A stretch of 64,000 bases of DNA. Source: Geopsychrobacteraceae bacterium (lineage in GTDB: Bacteria; Desulfobacterota; Desulfuromonadia; Desulfuromonadales; Geopsychrobacteraceae). A model generated the notes under the pieces. The model saw only the letters and a list, made by a program, of their open reading frames with translations, was not told the DNA's origin and did not search any database. Shown here in pieces: positions 22,205 through 31,638 of the stretch. Within the stretch, counting starts at the first letter, position 1, and each line of letters begins with the position of its first letter. The DNA lies in NCBI GenBank assembly GCA_963662315.1, contig OY759353.1, positions 2,400,001-2,464,000 on the forward strand, given 5' to 3'. Position numbers and translations under genes: made by a program.

Positions 22205-23047
22205 ATGCAACACATTCATCAGCTGCTTTATTCAGCGACTGAGCTGAAAACATTGCTGGACAATGGTCAGGTTACTCTGATTGATGTGCGTGATCAGAAC
22301 GACTTTCAGGCCGGCCACATTCCCGGTGCCGTCAATCTTCCTCAGCTATTTTACTATCTTGCCGAATCAACCCCGGAAGGGCTTGAAATGACTCATTTTG
22401 AGCTCCAGATCCTGTGCCGTCAGGCAGGGGTGACGAAAGAGCGACCGGTGGTTGTTTATGAACACAGCATGGATACCCGCTACGGTGGGTCATGTCGCGG
22501 CTTCTGGCTAATCACCTATGCCGGGCACCCCCAGGTGAGCGTACTCAACGGAGGTCTTGCCGGATGGCTTGCTGCTGGCTACAGCCTGACAACCGAACCA
22601 ACCTCCGTTGCACCATCACAGTTTTGCGTCGAACCACAGAGTCAGTTAATTGCGACGCGCGATGACGTTGAACAATCTATCCACGACACCAGTCTGGTCG
22701 TTATTGATAACCGCGACCTCGATGAGCGGGAAGGACTCAGCTCCTCCCCTTATGGAATAGACTATGCCCCCCGAAAAGGCAGGATTCCCGGTTCAAAGTG
22801 GATGGAATGGTATGAATTTTTAGACCGGTCCAAACATCCGGTGACCTTTAAATCCCTTCAACACATTCGTGCTTGGTGTGACAAGGAGGGAGTTAAGCCA
22901 GAAGACAATATCATCCTTTACTGTTTCAAAGGGGCACGCTCTTCGAATACCTACATTGCCTTGACCACGGCAGGATTCTACAACGTGAGATTGTTTCTGG
23001 GATCATGGAATGAATGGTCGCGGGATGAGCGGTTGCCGATTGATTAA
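22205..23047 (+). CDS. Tandem-domain rhodanese / sulfurtransferase
   Basis: LIDVR..GHIPGA, LNGGLAGW, GRIPGS, active site YCFKGARS, GSWNEWS. Start is ATG 22205 or GTG 22196. Confidence 0.92.
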   Translation: MQHIHQLLYSATELKTLLDNGQVTLIDVRDQNDFQAGHIPGAVNLPQLFYYLAESTPEGLEMTHFELQILCRQAGVTKERPVVVYEHSMDTRYGGSCRGFWLITYAGHPQVSVLNGGLAGWLAAGYSLTTEPTSVAPSQFCVEPQSQLIATRDDVEQSIHDTSLVVIDNRDLDEREGLSSSPYGIDYAPRKGRIPGSKWMEWYEFLDRSKHPVTFKSLQHIRAWCDKEGVKPEDNIILYCFKGARSSNTYIALTTAGFYNVRLFLGSWNEWSRDERLPID

Positions 23048-23134
23048 AATGGAATGTTAATGGATTGGAATAGGATATTCTCTAAAGAGAACGTGAAGCA
23101 CACAGAGTATCCTCTCCCACCACCGCTTGCCCAT

Positions 23135-23267
23135 AAGGTGCAAGCACCTTGGGCTGCCGGGCCGGGACCCGGCGACCTTGGTGTTGTCTTTCGATGTTAC
23201 AAAACAGTTTAAATCAAGACCGCAGGGTTCCGCCCCTGATGGCCAGAACCGCAATGCCTGCGGCATT
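23135..23267. repeat. Cluster of short GC-rich palindromes, probable multicopy intergenic (REP/MITE-like) element remnant
   Basis: aaggtgc-aa-gcacctt, gccggg-ccggga-cccggc, caggg-ttccgc-ccctg and aatgcc-tgc-ggcatt within ~130 bp between convergent genes. Confidence 0.4.
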
Positions 23268-23286
23268 TATTGATTCATGAAACAGG

Positions 23287-25197
23287 CTACGCCGCAGAGG
23301 AAATAATGCGCTGCACATCGAGCAGTGTCCGCACTTCCCCTTTCATCTTCGTCATCGCCAGAATATACTCAGCATGCGCCATCATCTCAGGCACGGCTTC
23401 AACATCATCAGCCGTAACATCGATAATTTCCGACACCCCTTCCACCATGATACCGAGGGCGACACTCTGGCCACCAACCTCATTTTCCACCACGATAATA
23501 GCGATACGGTCATTCTCTGCAATCGCCTCGTAGCCGAACCACAGGTTCAGGTCGAGTACCGGAATCATGATACCGCGCAGATTCATAACACCACGGATAT
23601 AATTCTCGGCCTCAGGAACTTTGATCAAGTGCTGGTTACTGACAATTTCGCGAATCGTCATAATGCCAATACCGTAATCCTCACCGGCCGAGGTGGCAAA
23701 CAGATACTGCCCTTCCTTACCGATCATTTTTTTGGTCATGCTTTCACCGGCCCGCGCCTTGCGCACCTTGTCCAGGAAGCTCGCCGGTTCCAAGGTCGTG
23801 GGCTGATCCGCAGCCGGGATATAAGAACAGGCCTTATTGGCAAACTGCAGTTCCAGAAAAGCATGAATATCGATCAGGCTGCCCAGATCCATCTTGTTAT
23901 GCAGGTATTCCTGCATCGCATTCAGGTCAGATGCAACCGGATAAAGGTCGTTCGTTTTGATCCCGGCGGGTTCGCTCAGAACATTGAACAAAACCTGCTC
24001 TTTGAGCCCGAGATCCCCGGTTGGATCGAGAAACTTTACCGCAATCTGAGCCGATTTTTCCGGCTGCTGATCAATATATTTACCAGCCTGAACCAACAGG
24101 CTGACCAGCTCCTGCACCGCCTCGGGGTGTTGCTCGATCAGCTCCTGGCGCATAACGCAGACACAGCAGGGATGCCCCTCCCATACATCACCGGACAACA
24201 GCACCTGATCAGCGTTCCCCGCCGCAATCGCCTTGGTACCAAGCGGTTCAGCAACCAGGTAACCACCGGCGTCCGGGTTTCCGGACAGCAGTTCAGGCAT
24301 TTGGATCGGTGGTACAATTTCAAACTTCATGTCGCCGCTCGACTTCCCGGCAACACCAGGATCAAGACCCAGCTGAGTCAGATAGGCGTGGGACAACAGG
24401 TGGTGAACGGATAACTGGTGCGGCAGATAAAAGGATTTGCCCTGGAACAGCTCTTTGCCTTGCCCCCGGTTCAACTTGTTCCGCACCATGATACTACCGT
24501 TTTTATGGGCCAGGAGCACCAGTTTGATCGGCACACCAAAACCAAACAGGTCCATGGCCATCGGTGCCAGGATTAAAGCTCCATCAGCGCTGCCTTCCTC
24601 AAGACTGGATGCGACCGGATTCCAGCTTTTATAGCATTGGGTCTGCAGCGTGAAATGCTTGGGTCGGACCTGCCCCGATTCGATCATCTCTTTGGCAACC
24701 CCGAGCACCAGGTGATCGGTAATCTGGATATGACCGATATGAAATACGACTTTTCCATCCGCCTGAACAATCGGTTGGCGCCCTTTTACCGTGGCAGCAG
24801 AATCGTCCCCACCACTCATGGCCTGTTCAATTTTGACCATCAGGTCATCCGGGGTAAATGGCTTCGAAACGACACCGTTACCACCAGCGTCACTGGCCAG
24901 CTTGATCTGTTTTTTCTCCCCCTGTCCGGTTGCCATAATGAAGGGGATATGCCGTAGTTGTTCCTGTCCGCGAACCCATTTGAGTAAATCGAGGCCGGTC
25001 AGCTGGTTCATATTCCAGTCACTGATAATCAGATCGACCTGTTCCCCGCCGGTCAGCATTTCGATCGCCTGTTCTGCGTCAACAGCTTCAATGACGTTTT
25101 CAAAGCCAAGGGTTTTACGCAGAATTCGTCCTTCTATCTTGCGGGCAGGGGAAGAATCTTCGACCAGCAGAATACGGATACTTTTGTCGACACTCAT
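23287..25197 (-). CDS. REC (CheY-like) + NrtA/CmpA-type solute-binding domain + CheW fusion protein
   Basis: LLVEDS...IISDWNM...MATG...SKPF; IGHIQITDHL, LAPMAM, AHKNGS, VAEP, WEGHPCCV; YGIGIMTIREIV, IRGVMNLRGIMIPVLDL. No signal peptide. Confidence 0.88.
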   Translation of the reverse strand: MSVDKSIRILLVEDSSPARKIEGRILRKTLGFENVIEAVDAEQAIEMLTGGEQVDLIISDWNMNQLTGLDLLKWVRGQEQLRHIPFIMATGQGEKKQIKLASDAGGNGVVSKPFTPDDLMVKIEQAMSGGDDSAATVKGRQPIVQADGKVVFHIGHIQITDHLVLGVAKEMIESGQVRPKHFTLQTQCYKSWNPVASSLEEGSADGALILAPMAMDLFGFGVPIKLVLLAHKNGSIMVRNKLNRGQGKELFQGKSFYLPHQLSVHHLLSHAYLTQLGLDPGVAGKSSGDMKFEIVPPIQMPELLSGNPDAGGYLVAEPLGTKAIAAGNADQVLLSGDVWEGHPCCVCVMRQELIEQHPEAVQELVSLLVQAGKYIDQQPEKSAQIAVKFLDPTGDLGLKEQVLFNVLSEPAGIKTNDLYPVASDLNAMQEYLHNKMDLGSLIDIHAFLELQFANKACSYIPAADQPTTLEPASFLDKVRKARAGESMTKKMIGKEGQYLFATSAGEDYGIGIMTIREIVSNQHLIKVPEAENYIRGVMNLRGIMIPVLDLNLWFGYEAIAENDRIAIIVVENEVGGQSVALGIMVEGVSEIIDVTADDVEAVPEMMAHAEYILAMTKMKGEVRTLLDVQRIISSAA

Positions 25198-25562
25198 TAT
25201 GGGATCCCTTCTTAGTCTTCATCGAGAAGCTGGTAAGGATAATTGCAGCTGTCTTTGAATATCCTTAAAAAATAACAAATTTTCATTCATAAATAAATAC
25301 TAATTATTTTAGGCAAATAATTAATACTAAAATATATTTTTCAGCTTCACGCTACTGCGAACGAAATCTTACCAGAGAGATATAGCTTATCTCTGTAGCA
25401 GGGGTGATTAATTTTTTATCACTTCTTCCATATTCATAACCAAATTTATCTGACCAATCTCCCGTAGGTCATGCGAAGAACACAGTTATCCCTTGAAAAG
25501 TGATATTTTCTTTTTCTTGAGTCACATTTTGACAGGCTGGCACACTCTAAGCAAATATGGAG

Positions 25563-25579
25563 TTGAAAAGGATTTTCAA
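25563..25579 (+). promoter_or_regulatory. Fur box, deltaproteobacterial type
   Basis: TTGAAAAGGATTTTCAA matches wTGAAAATnATTTTCAw at all but one position, upstream of feoA. Confidence 0.65.
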
Positions 25580-25651
25580 TTTTATTGATATTTGTGACCT
25601 GGGTCACAGATTCAGGATAAAAAGACAGGCAAGATTGGCCGGTAAATTAAT

Positions 25652-25670
25652 TTTGATAATTATTATCAAA
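25652..25670 (+). promoter_or_regulatory. Fur box (7-1-7)
   Basis: tt-TGATAAT-T-ATTATCA-aa perfect palindrome ~45 nt before the feoA ATG. Confidence 0.8.
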
Positions 25671-25712
25671 TTACCCTATAGAACACAGACAGTTTTAAAG
25701 GAGACAGATACC

Positions 25713-25946
25713 ATGCCACAGCAATTAGGACATTTAACCGTAGGGGATCAGGCTACGGTTAGCGGCTTCGAAAAAGGGGCAAGAGAATATCGGGCCAGGC
25801 TACTGGCAATGGGGCTGACAAAAGGCAGTAAGTTGAAAGTCATCCGTATTGCACCATTGGGCGACCCCATAGAAATAAACGTTCGCGGGTTCAATCTGAG
25901 CCTGCGCAGGGCCGAGGCCGACGCAGTACTGGTTGAAAGGAATTAA
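25713..25946 (+). CDS. feoA: Ferrous iron transport protein A
   Basis: RLLAMGLTKG, APLGDPIEINVRGFNLSLRRAEA; RBS AAGGAG before ATG 25713. Confidence 0.95.
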   Translation: MPQQLGHLTVGDQATVSGFEKGAREYRARLLAMGLTKGSKLKVIRIAPLGDPIEINVRGFNLSLRRAEADAVLVERN

Positions 25947-25950
25947 GCTT

Positions 25951-28287
25951 ATGAACACTCTTACTATTGCCGTAGCAGGGAACCCCAACTGTGGCAAAAC
26001 GACACTCTTTAACGAGCTGACCGGTGCACGCCAGATGGTCGGCAACTGGCCGGGGGTTACGGTTGATCGCAAAAGTGGTACCTACTCTTATGCTGGACAC
26101 GATTTTGATGTTGTTGATATCCCGGGTATCTATGCGTTATCAGCCTATTCAGAAGATGAAAAGGTTGCTCGTGATTACCTTATCTCCAATGATGCCGATC
26201 TGATCGTCAATATTGTTGATGCATCTAACCTTGAACGTAATCTGTACCTGACGACACAATTACTGGAACTGAAGGTCCCCCTGCTGATTGTTCTCAACAA
26301 AATGGATGTTGCCAAAGCCCGTAATATTAACATCAATATTGAAGAGCTTTCCAACCGTCTCGGGGTTCCGATCATTGCTGTTACCGCAACCAAAAGGCAA
26401 GGGATCAAAGAATTCAAGGAAACCGTGCATTCCTTCGCAGAGGCATCTAGGCCAACCAACACCGGCCTCGTCTACCCTGCTCCCATACAGGAAGCAGCAA
26501 ATCGCATTGCCGAAGCAGTGAGTGAGCTGGCTGATTATTACCAGGTTCCGGCTCAGTGGCTGGCAATCAAACTGCTGGAGCAAGACACTGAACTGACCGC
26601 ACGCCTTTCTCCTGACCAGAACCAACTATTGCAGCGTGAAAGTGACTCTCTCGAAGAACAGCTTGACGAGGATGTTGATATCATCATTGCGGACACGCGC
26701 TACGGCTTCATCAACTGGCTGACCGAAGAATGTCTGAAATACGATGGTAAGGTCGGCAGTAACATGACTGAGAAAATCGACAGTATCGTTCTCAACCGGG
26801 TACTTGGGATTCCCATTTTCCTGTTTCTGATGTACCTGACCTTCATGTTCACCATCAATGTCGGTGGCGCCTTTATCGATTTCTTTGATATCGCCGCTGG
26901 AGCTATTTTTGTTGATGGTGTTGGTGAGCTGCTTAGCGCGATTCACGCTCCCGACTGGGTTATCGGACTGGTGGCAACCGGTGTCGGTGGTGGTATTCAG
27001 ACGGTCGCTACCTTTATTCCGCCCATCGCCTTCATGTTCCTGGCCCTGGCGATTCTTGAGGGCTCTGGCTATATGGCGCGGGCTGCCTTTGTCATGGACC
27101 GCCTCATGCGGATGCTGGGCCTGCCCGGTAAAGCCTTTGTTCCCATGCTGGTCGGCTTTGGCTGTAATGTCCCGGCGATCATGGCGACCCGAACCCTGGA
27201 AACCCAGCGGGACCGAACCCTGGCCATTATGATGAACCCCTTCATGAGCTGTGGTGCGCGCTTGCCAGTTTATGCCCTGTTTGCGGCAGCCTTCTTCCCA
27301 ACTGGCGGGCAGAACATGGTCTTTATGCTTTACCTCGCTGGTATTGGCTTTGCAGTTCTGACTGGCCTGGTTCTAAAACACACCCTGCTGCAAGGCCAGG
27401 TCACTCCATTCGTTATGGAGTTACCTCCCTACCATGTACCAACGGTAAAATCGGTTGTCCTACGGACTTATGATCGGCTGAAGTCATTCATGTTCAAAGC
27501 GACCCGGGTTATTATTCCCATGGTTGCCCTGCTTGCGCTGTTAAACACACTGTCAGTTGATGGCACCATTGGTCACGATGACAGTAACGAATCCATTTTA
27601 TCCTCAGTCAGCCGCACCATCACCCCAATCTTCGCACCAATGGGTATCAGCCAGGACAACTGGCCGGCCACTGTTGGTATTTTTACCGGGGTCTTTGCCA
27701 AGGAAGCTGTTGTCGGTACCCTGGATGCCATCTACCTGCAAAATGAAACTCAGGAACAGGCAACAGCAGCTCCTGAAGAAGGGACGGAAGCGGAAGCATT
27801 CAGCCTCGTTGCGGCACTGCAGGAAGCCGTAGCCACGATTCCTGAAAACCTGGCTGGTGTACGCGATACCCTGACTGATCCTCTCGGCCTGAATATCGGT
27901 GATACCAGTTCCATTGAAACTGCAGCAGAAGAACAGGAAGTCAGCAGTGGAACTTTTGGCGCCATGGGGCACCTGTTTGACGGCAAGGTTGGTGCCATTG
28001 CCTACCTGCTCTTTATCCTTATGTACTTCCCTTGCGTTGCCGCTATGGCCGCTGTGTATCGCGAAGTCAACGGCCGCTGGACAGCGTTTGTGGCTGGCTG
28101 GACCACCGGCCTGGCCTATATTGCCGCAACTTCATTCTACCAGCTCGCAACCTTCTCAGAACATCCCATGTTCTCAGGGGCATGGCTGATGGGCTGCCTG
28201 GTATTCTGTATTGTTGTCTTCTTGGTCATGAGAGCTAAAGGAAAAGAACATCAAACCGTTCGGTTCGCCGTCCCGGTAAAACATTAA
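25951..28287 (+). CDS. feoB: Ferrous iron transport protein B
   Basis: GNPNCGKTT, GNWPGVTVD, DIPG, NKMD, GFGCNVPA, MSCGARLPVY, YFPCVA. Confidence 0.98.
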   Translation: MNTLTIAVAGNPNCGKTTLFNELTGARQMVGNWPGVTVDRKSGTYSYAGHDFDVVDIPGIYALSAYSEDEKVARDYLISNDADLIVNIVDASNLERNLYLTTQLLELKVPLLIVLNKMDVAKARNININIEELSNRLGVPIIAVTATKRQGIKEFKETVHSFAEASRPTNTGLVYPAPIQEAANRIAEAVSELADYYQVPAQWLAIKLLEQDTELTARLSPDQNQLLQRESDSLEEQLDEDVDIIIADTRYGFINWLTEECLKYDGKVGSNMTEKIDSIVLNRVLGIPIFLFLMYLTFMFTINVGGAFIDFFDIAAGAIFVDGVGELLSAIHAPDWVIGLVATGVGGGIQTVATFIPPIAFMFLALAILEGSGYMARAAFVMDRLMRMLGLPGKAFVPMLVGFGCNVPAIMATRTLETQRDRTLAIMMNPFMSCGARLPVYALFAAAFFPTGGQNMVFMLYLAGIGFAVLTGLVLKHTLLQGQVTPFVMELPPYHVPTVKSVVLRTYDRLKSFMFKATRVIIPMVALLALLNTLSVDGTIGHDDSNESILSSVSRTITPIFAPMGISQDNWPATVGIFTGVFAKEAVVGTLDAIYLQNETQEQATAAPEEGTEAEAFSLVAALQEAVATIPENLAGVRDTLTDPLGLNIGDTSSIETAAEEQEVSSGTFGAMGHLFDGKVGAIAYLLFILMYFPCVAAMAAVYREVNGRWTAFVAGWTTGLAYIAATSFYQLATFSEHPMFSGAWLMGCLVFCIVVFLVMRAKGKEHQTVRFAVPVKH

Positions 28288-28340
28288 TAATTAGGTTGGC
28301 ACTCCCTTTTCACTAAAGTACGCAGTTTGGAGAAAATAAA

Positions 28341-28571
28341 ATGACACCAAGTGATGTAAAACGGTATTTAACTGAACGAAAGGTTGCTCCTTTGACGGAT
28401 ATCGCTACCCATTTTGATCTAAACCCAGATGCGGTGCGCGGCCTGCTCGATGTGTGGATCCGCAAAGGCAAGGTCAAGCAGATCACTGCTGATGCCAGCT
28501 GCTGCACCAAAGGCAGCTGCAGTGGTTGCAGTGAAAATGGCCACCAGGAAATCTATGAATGGGTTCAGTGA
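28341..28571 (+). CDS. feoC: FeoC-like winged-helix protein with Cys cluster
   Basis: Follows feoB; IATHF..PDAVRGLLDVWIRKGKV, CCTKGSCSGC, EIYEW. Confidence 0.85.
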   Translation: MTPSDVKRYLTERKVAPLTDIATHFDLNPDAVRGLLDVWIRKGKVKQITADASCCTKGSCSGCSENGHQEIYEWVQ

Positions 28572-28600
28572 TCAGCCGAAAGTCTGATTGCTGCTAAACA

Positions 28601-28646
28601 CTGGAAAAAACAGGGCGATCAATCATGACCGCCCTGTTTTTTCCAG
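28601..28646. terminator. Bidirectional terminator
   Basis: ctggaaaaaacagggcg / cgccctgttttttccag, 17-bp arms between convergent operons. Confidence 0.85.
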
Positions 28647-28664
28647 TAAAGAGATAATTTCAAG

Positions 28665-29462
28665 TCAATAGGCGTAGGGTTCCTGCTGTCTGAATTCAAA
28701 CATGAACGGAACCTCTGGAGGATTGATCGGTTCGATGATTTCCGCCTTGAACCGATATACGGTATGAATAGCAGAAAAGGAAACGCCTGGCAGGCTTCTT
28801 TCATCTTCCTCAGTGCTGTTTTCGTCATCAGCCACAAGAACACCGTAGAGATTAACCCACTGCCTATCGGGTAGTTCATTTTGTGACGTGACAACTTCAA
28901 AGCCAACCGATACAGCATCGGCCAGACAGCAGGAAATAGCCGTACGTAAAATAACCGGTTGAGAATCCCCCTCAGCCGCCATCAGGACTCCCCGCACCAG
29001 GTAATGTTGCCCACGTAGCTGCTCGCTGCCAACTTCAGCAATATCGAACAATTCACCGAGATTAATGCGAATATATTCCTGCCCGTTTTTTGTCTCCCGG
29101 GGCAAAAACTGTTCCTGAGCATCGGGATAAAGAGGAACACCCTGTGCCCCGACTGTTAACCCTTGCTGACTGTGTTGCAGTGGGTAAATCATAACCAGCG
29201 CAAAGAGGAGAATGATCGCAGTAAAAGACAACACCCGTACCAGTTCAAAACCAAGGGGCCAGCATAATAATACCAGACCTAGGAGCATCAACCCACCGCC
29301 GGTGATAGCCGAAAGGATACTGAAACGAGGATTAAGCAATGTCTGATATAAACTGCCACTGGCAAAAAACAGCAGCATACCACCCAATATCAGTAACAAC
29401 GCACCTTCAAAGCGGTTGATAATCAGGCTGACCATTGTCGTCTTTAGTCTTTCAGTTTCCAT
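28665..29462 (-). CDS. DUF1980/TIGR03943 (YcgQ-like) membrane protein
   Basis: Three N-terminal TMs, LLNPRF, R.AISCCLADA motif, C-terminal P..P..Y; paired with a DUF318 permease. Confidence 0.75.
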   Translation of the reverse strand: METERLKTTMVSLIINRFEGALLLILGGMLLFFASGSLYQTLLNPRFSILSAITGGGLMLLGLVLLCWPLGFELVRVLSFTAIILLFALVMIYPLQHSQQGLTVGAQGVPLYPDAQEQFLPRETKNGQEYIRINLGELFDIAEVGSEQLRGQHYLVRGVLMAAEGDSQPVILRTAISCCLADAVSVGFEVVTSQNELPDRQWVNLYGVLVADDENSTEEDERSLPGVSFSAIHTVYRFKAEIIEPINPPEVPFMFEFRQQEPYAY

Positions 29463-29465
29463 AAT

Positions 29466-30395
29466 TTACACCCGACTCAGAATAACGCCCATGATAATAG
29501 CCAGGCAAAAGACTAAAAACACCGGACCGAAAATCAGGTAGAAAATAATGCGACGTTTAAAAACAGCGGAGAACATGGCAATCAGCTTGAGATCGACCAT
29601 GGGACCAATGGCCATAAAGGCGAGTTGCGCCGCAGGGGGAAAACTGGAGAAAGATGCCGCGACAAACGCGTCTGCTTCGGAACAGACCGAAAGCAAAATG
29701 GCTAGCACCATCATGGTGATGATTGCCAATAATTCAGAGGATTCAAAAATATTAAGAACACCCGCCGGGGTAAAGGTTTTAAAAAGTGCGGTGATGATTG
29801 CACCCAGCAGCAGGAATTTCCCCATACTTAAGAATTCGCCAGCTGTATGCCGCAATACAGCAAGTAGACGTCCCTGCCTATGCCCATGTCCATGTCCATG
29901 TTGGTGATGATGATCATGGCCGCAACAGCCGGAATGACAGGAGTGAGACGCCGACGGGTTTAGCAGCAACTCCCTCATGGAGGCCCCTGATAACACCCAC
30001 CCCATAGCTGCTGCCACAATAGCAACCATGGCAACACGGCCACCAACCATCCACAGATCGCCCCGAAAGGCGACATAGGTCGAAATCATAACGATCGGAT
30101 TGATTACCGGAGCCGCCAGCATATAGGCGATTGCCGTCGCCGGAGGAACTCCCTTGCCGAGCATACGCCGCACAATCGGCACGATACCACACTCGCAGGT
30201 TGGCAATAACATGCCAATAAAGAGTCCGAACATTATTCCTTTAAAAGGATTTTTAGGGACAAGACGCGCAATCAGATCTTCTTCAGCAAAGACTTCGAAA
30301 AAAGACGCTAGCAGAGATCCGATCAACAGAAACGGGGCCGCTTCTATAAAGATAGCAACGGTCAAAGAAGCAAAGATTTGCAGATTTTCAGACAT
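29466..30395 (-). CDS. DUF318 (YcgR/ArsP-like) permease with His/Cys-rich loop
   Basis: EAAPFLLIG, LPTCECGIVP, APVINP, SVCSEADAFVA, GPMVDLK; loop SHSCHSGCCGHDHHHQHGHGHGH. Confidence 0.88.
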   Translation of the reverse strand: MSENLQIFASLTVAIFIEAAPFLLIGSLLASFFEVFAEEDLIARLVPKNPFKGIMFGLFIGMLLPTCECGIVPIVRRMLGKGVPPATAIAYMLAAPVINPIVMISTYVAFRGDLWMVGGRVAMVAIVAAAMGWVLSGASMRELLLNPSASHSCHSGCCGHDHHHQHGHGHGHRQGRLLAVLRHTAGEFLSMGKFLLLGAIITALFKTFTPAGVLNIFESSELLAIITMMVLAILLSVCSEADAFVAASFSSFPPAAQLAFMAIGPMVDLKLIAMFSAVFKRRIIFYLIFGPVFLVFCLAIIMGVILSRV

Positions 30396-30443
30396 AGACT
30401 CAAACAGGGCAACAGCAGGTAAAGGTCATTAGGAGTAAAGCCA

Positions 30444-30463
30444 AAACGTTATAACGTAACACT
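30444..30463 (-). promoter_or_regulatory. Zur-like box upstream of the DUF318/DUF1980 pair
   Basis: Minus strand reads AGTGTTACGTTATAACGTTT, close to the proteobacterial Zur core GTTATnnTATAAC; overlaps a candidate -10 TATAAC. Confidence 0.5.
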
Positions 30464-30600
30464 CTCTATATTCTAATGATCTATGTCAATACATTCTTTA
30501 TCACAGACGACATCGCCACAATCCCCCTACCAGATGAACTTATTGATAATCATATTCTATGCTAATCAGGAAATACATCACTTAGAGAATCAGCAGAAGA

Positions 30601-31638
30601 TCAATTCAACTGAAACACCACCGGCATGCGAAACTGTGCAATCTGCGGTGGAGGCGAAAAAGGAGCAGCCTTTTTTATGGCTTTAAGAGCTTGTCTATCA
30701 AGCAATGGATAACCACTGCTGCGGACAATTTCAGCATCAATAAGGGAGCCATCTGTAGCAACGCGGAACAGAACTTCGATACGGCCACTCCAGCCGCGCC
30801 GACGAGCCAGACCTGGATAATTGAGGCGATCATGGATACGATTTCTGATCGCACCATAATTAGCTTGACGGTAACCTTCAATCTCATCGCCTCCAGCAGC
30901 TGGAAGACCTGGTTCTGTTCCATTCAACCCGGCCAAAGACTCGGTTTGTGAGGAATTCGCCAATGCTCCTGCGATTAAGGACGTCCCGGGAGCTGAAACT
31001 GGCCCAGTGCTCCCGTCAACTGTTGCTTGTTCTGCAACTGACCCTGATTCTTCCTGTTGAAGTGCCTCACTAACTGGGGTGGTTGGTTGCTGGGCATAAA
31101 CATCCGGACTGATTTGTTGAGGAGTTAGCGTTGGATCAACAGGTGGTGGGACCTGCGGCTTGACAGCTTCTGAAACTTCAGCAACCACATGCTCGGATTC
31201 AGGCTGTGGACTCACGACAGGTTCAGGGGGGCGAATGGTTTCTGCTTCTTTGACCACAGCCCGCACCTCTGCTTCCGGCTGTGGTTCAACTTTTTTTGCC
31301 TCTGTAATCTTAGCAACGGATTCAGCGGTTACGGCAGGTTTAACGGGAGTTGCTAAAGCCGTTTTTTTCTGCTCAACGCCAGACGCTGCAACCTGTGAAG
31401 CCTCCACAACAGAGGCCGGGGATACCGCCGGGACCGCTTCAGAGTGGTCAAGACCAGCCCCCCCCTCAGCAATAGCGACCTGACTTCCTGCCGTACCGGA
31501 CAGGTCAAAGTTAATCTGCATCATTCCTTTTAGGGAACGTGGTTCAGAAGCTGATAAACTTCTGGTAACCGGAATGAAAAGAGCCAGAATCAGACCATGA
31601 ATAAGCAAAGATTCGAAAAGGGGGCGCAGTGCTTTCAA
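30601..31638 (-). CDS. tonB: Energy transducer TonB
   Basis: N-terminal TM with SLLIH motif, long Pro/Ala/Glu linker, C-domain YPGLARRRGWSG, SSGYPLLDRQAL. Confidence 0.92.
   Translation of the reverse strand: MKALRPLFESLLIHGLILALFIPVTRSLSASEPRSLKGMMQINFDLSGTAGSQVAIAEGGAGLDHSEAVPAVSPASVVEASQVAASGVEQKKTALATPVKPAVTAESVAKITEAKKVEPQPEAEVRAVVKEAETIRPPEPVVSPQPESEHVVAEVSEAVKPQVPPPVDPTLTPQQISPDVYAQQPTTPVSEALQQEESGSVAEQATVDGSTGPVSAPGTSLIAGALANSSQTESLAGLNGTEPGLPAAGGDEIEGYRQANYGAIRNRIHDRLNYPGLARRRGWSGRIEVLFRVATDGSLIDAEIVRSSGYPLLDRQALKAIKKAAPFSPPPQIAQFRMPVVFQLN

Noticed and set aside
23374..24414. 346-aa plus-strand ORF (also 36614-37693 and 37949-38728)
   Set aside because: Antisense shadows of long real genes; no recognisable motifs.
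25557..25712. N-terminal extension of feoA in the ORF track
   Set aside because: It runs through the Fur boxes; the AAGGAG RBS supports ATG 25713.
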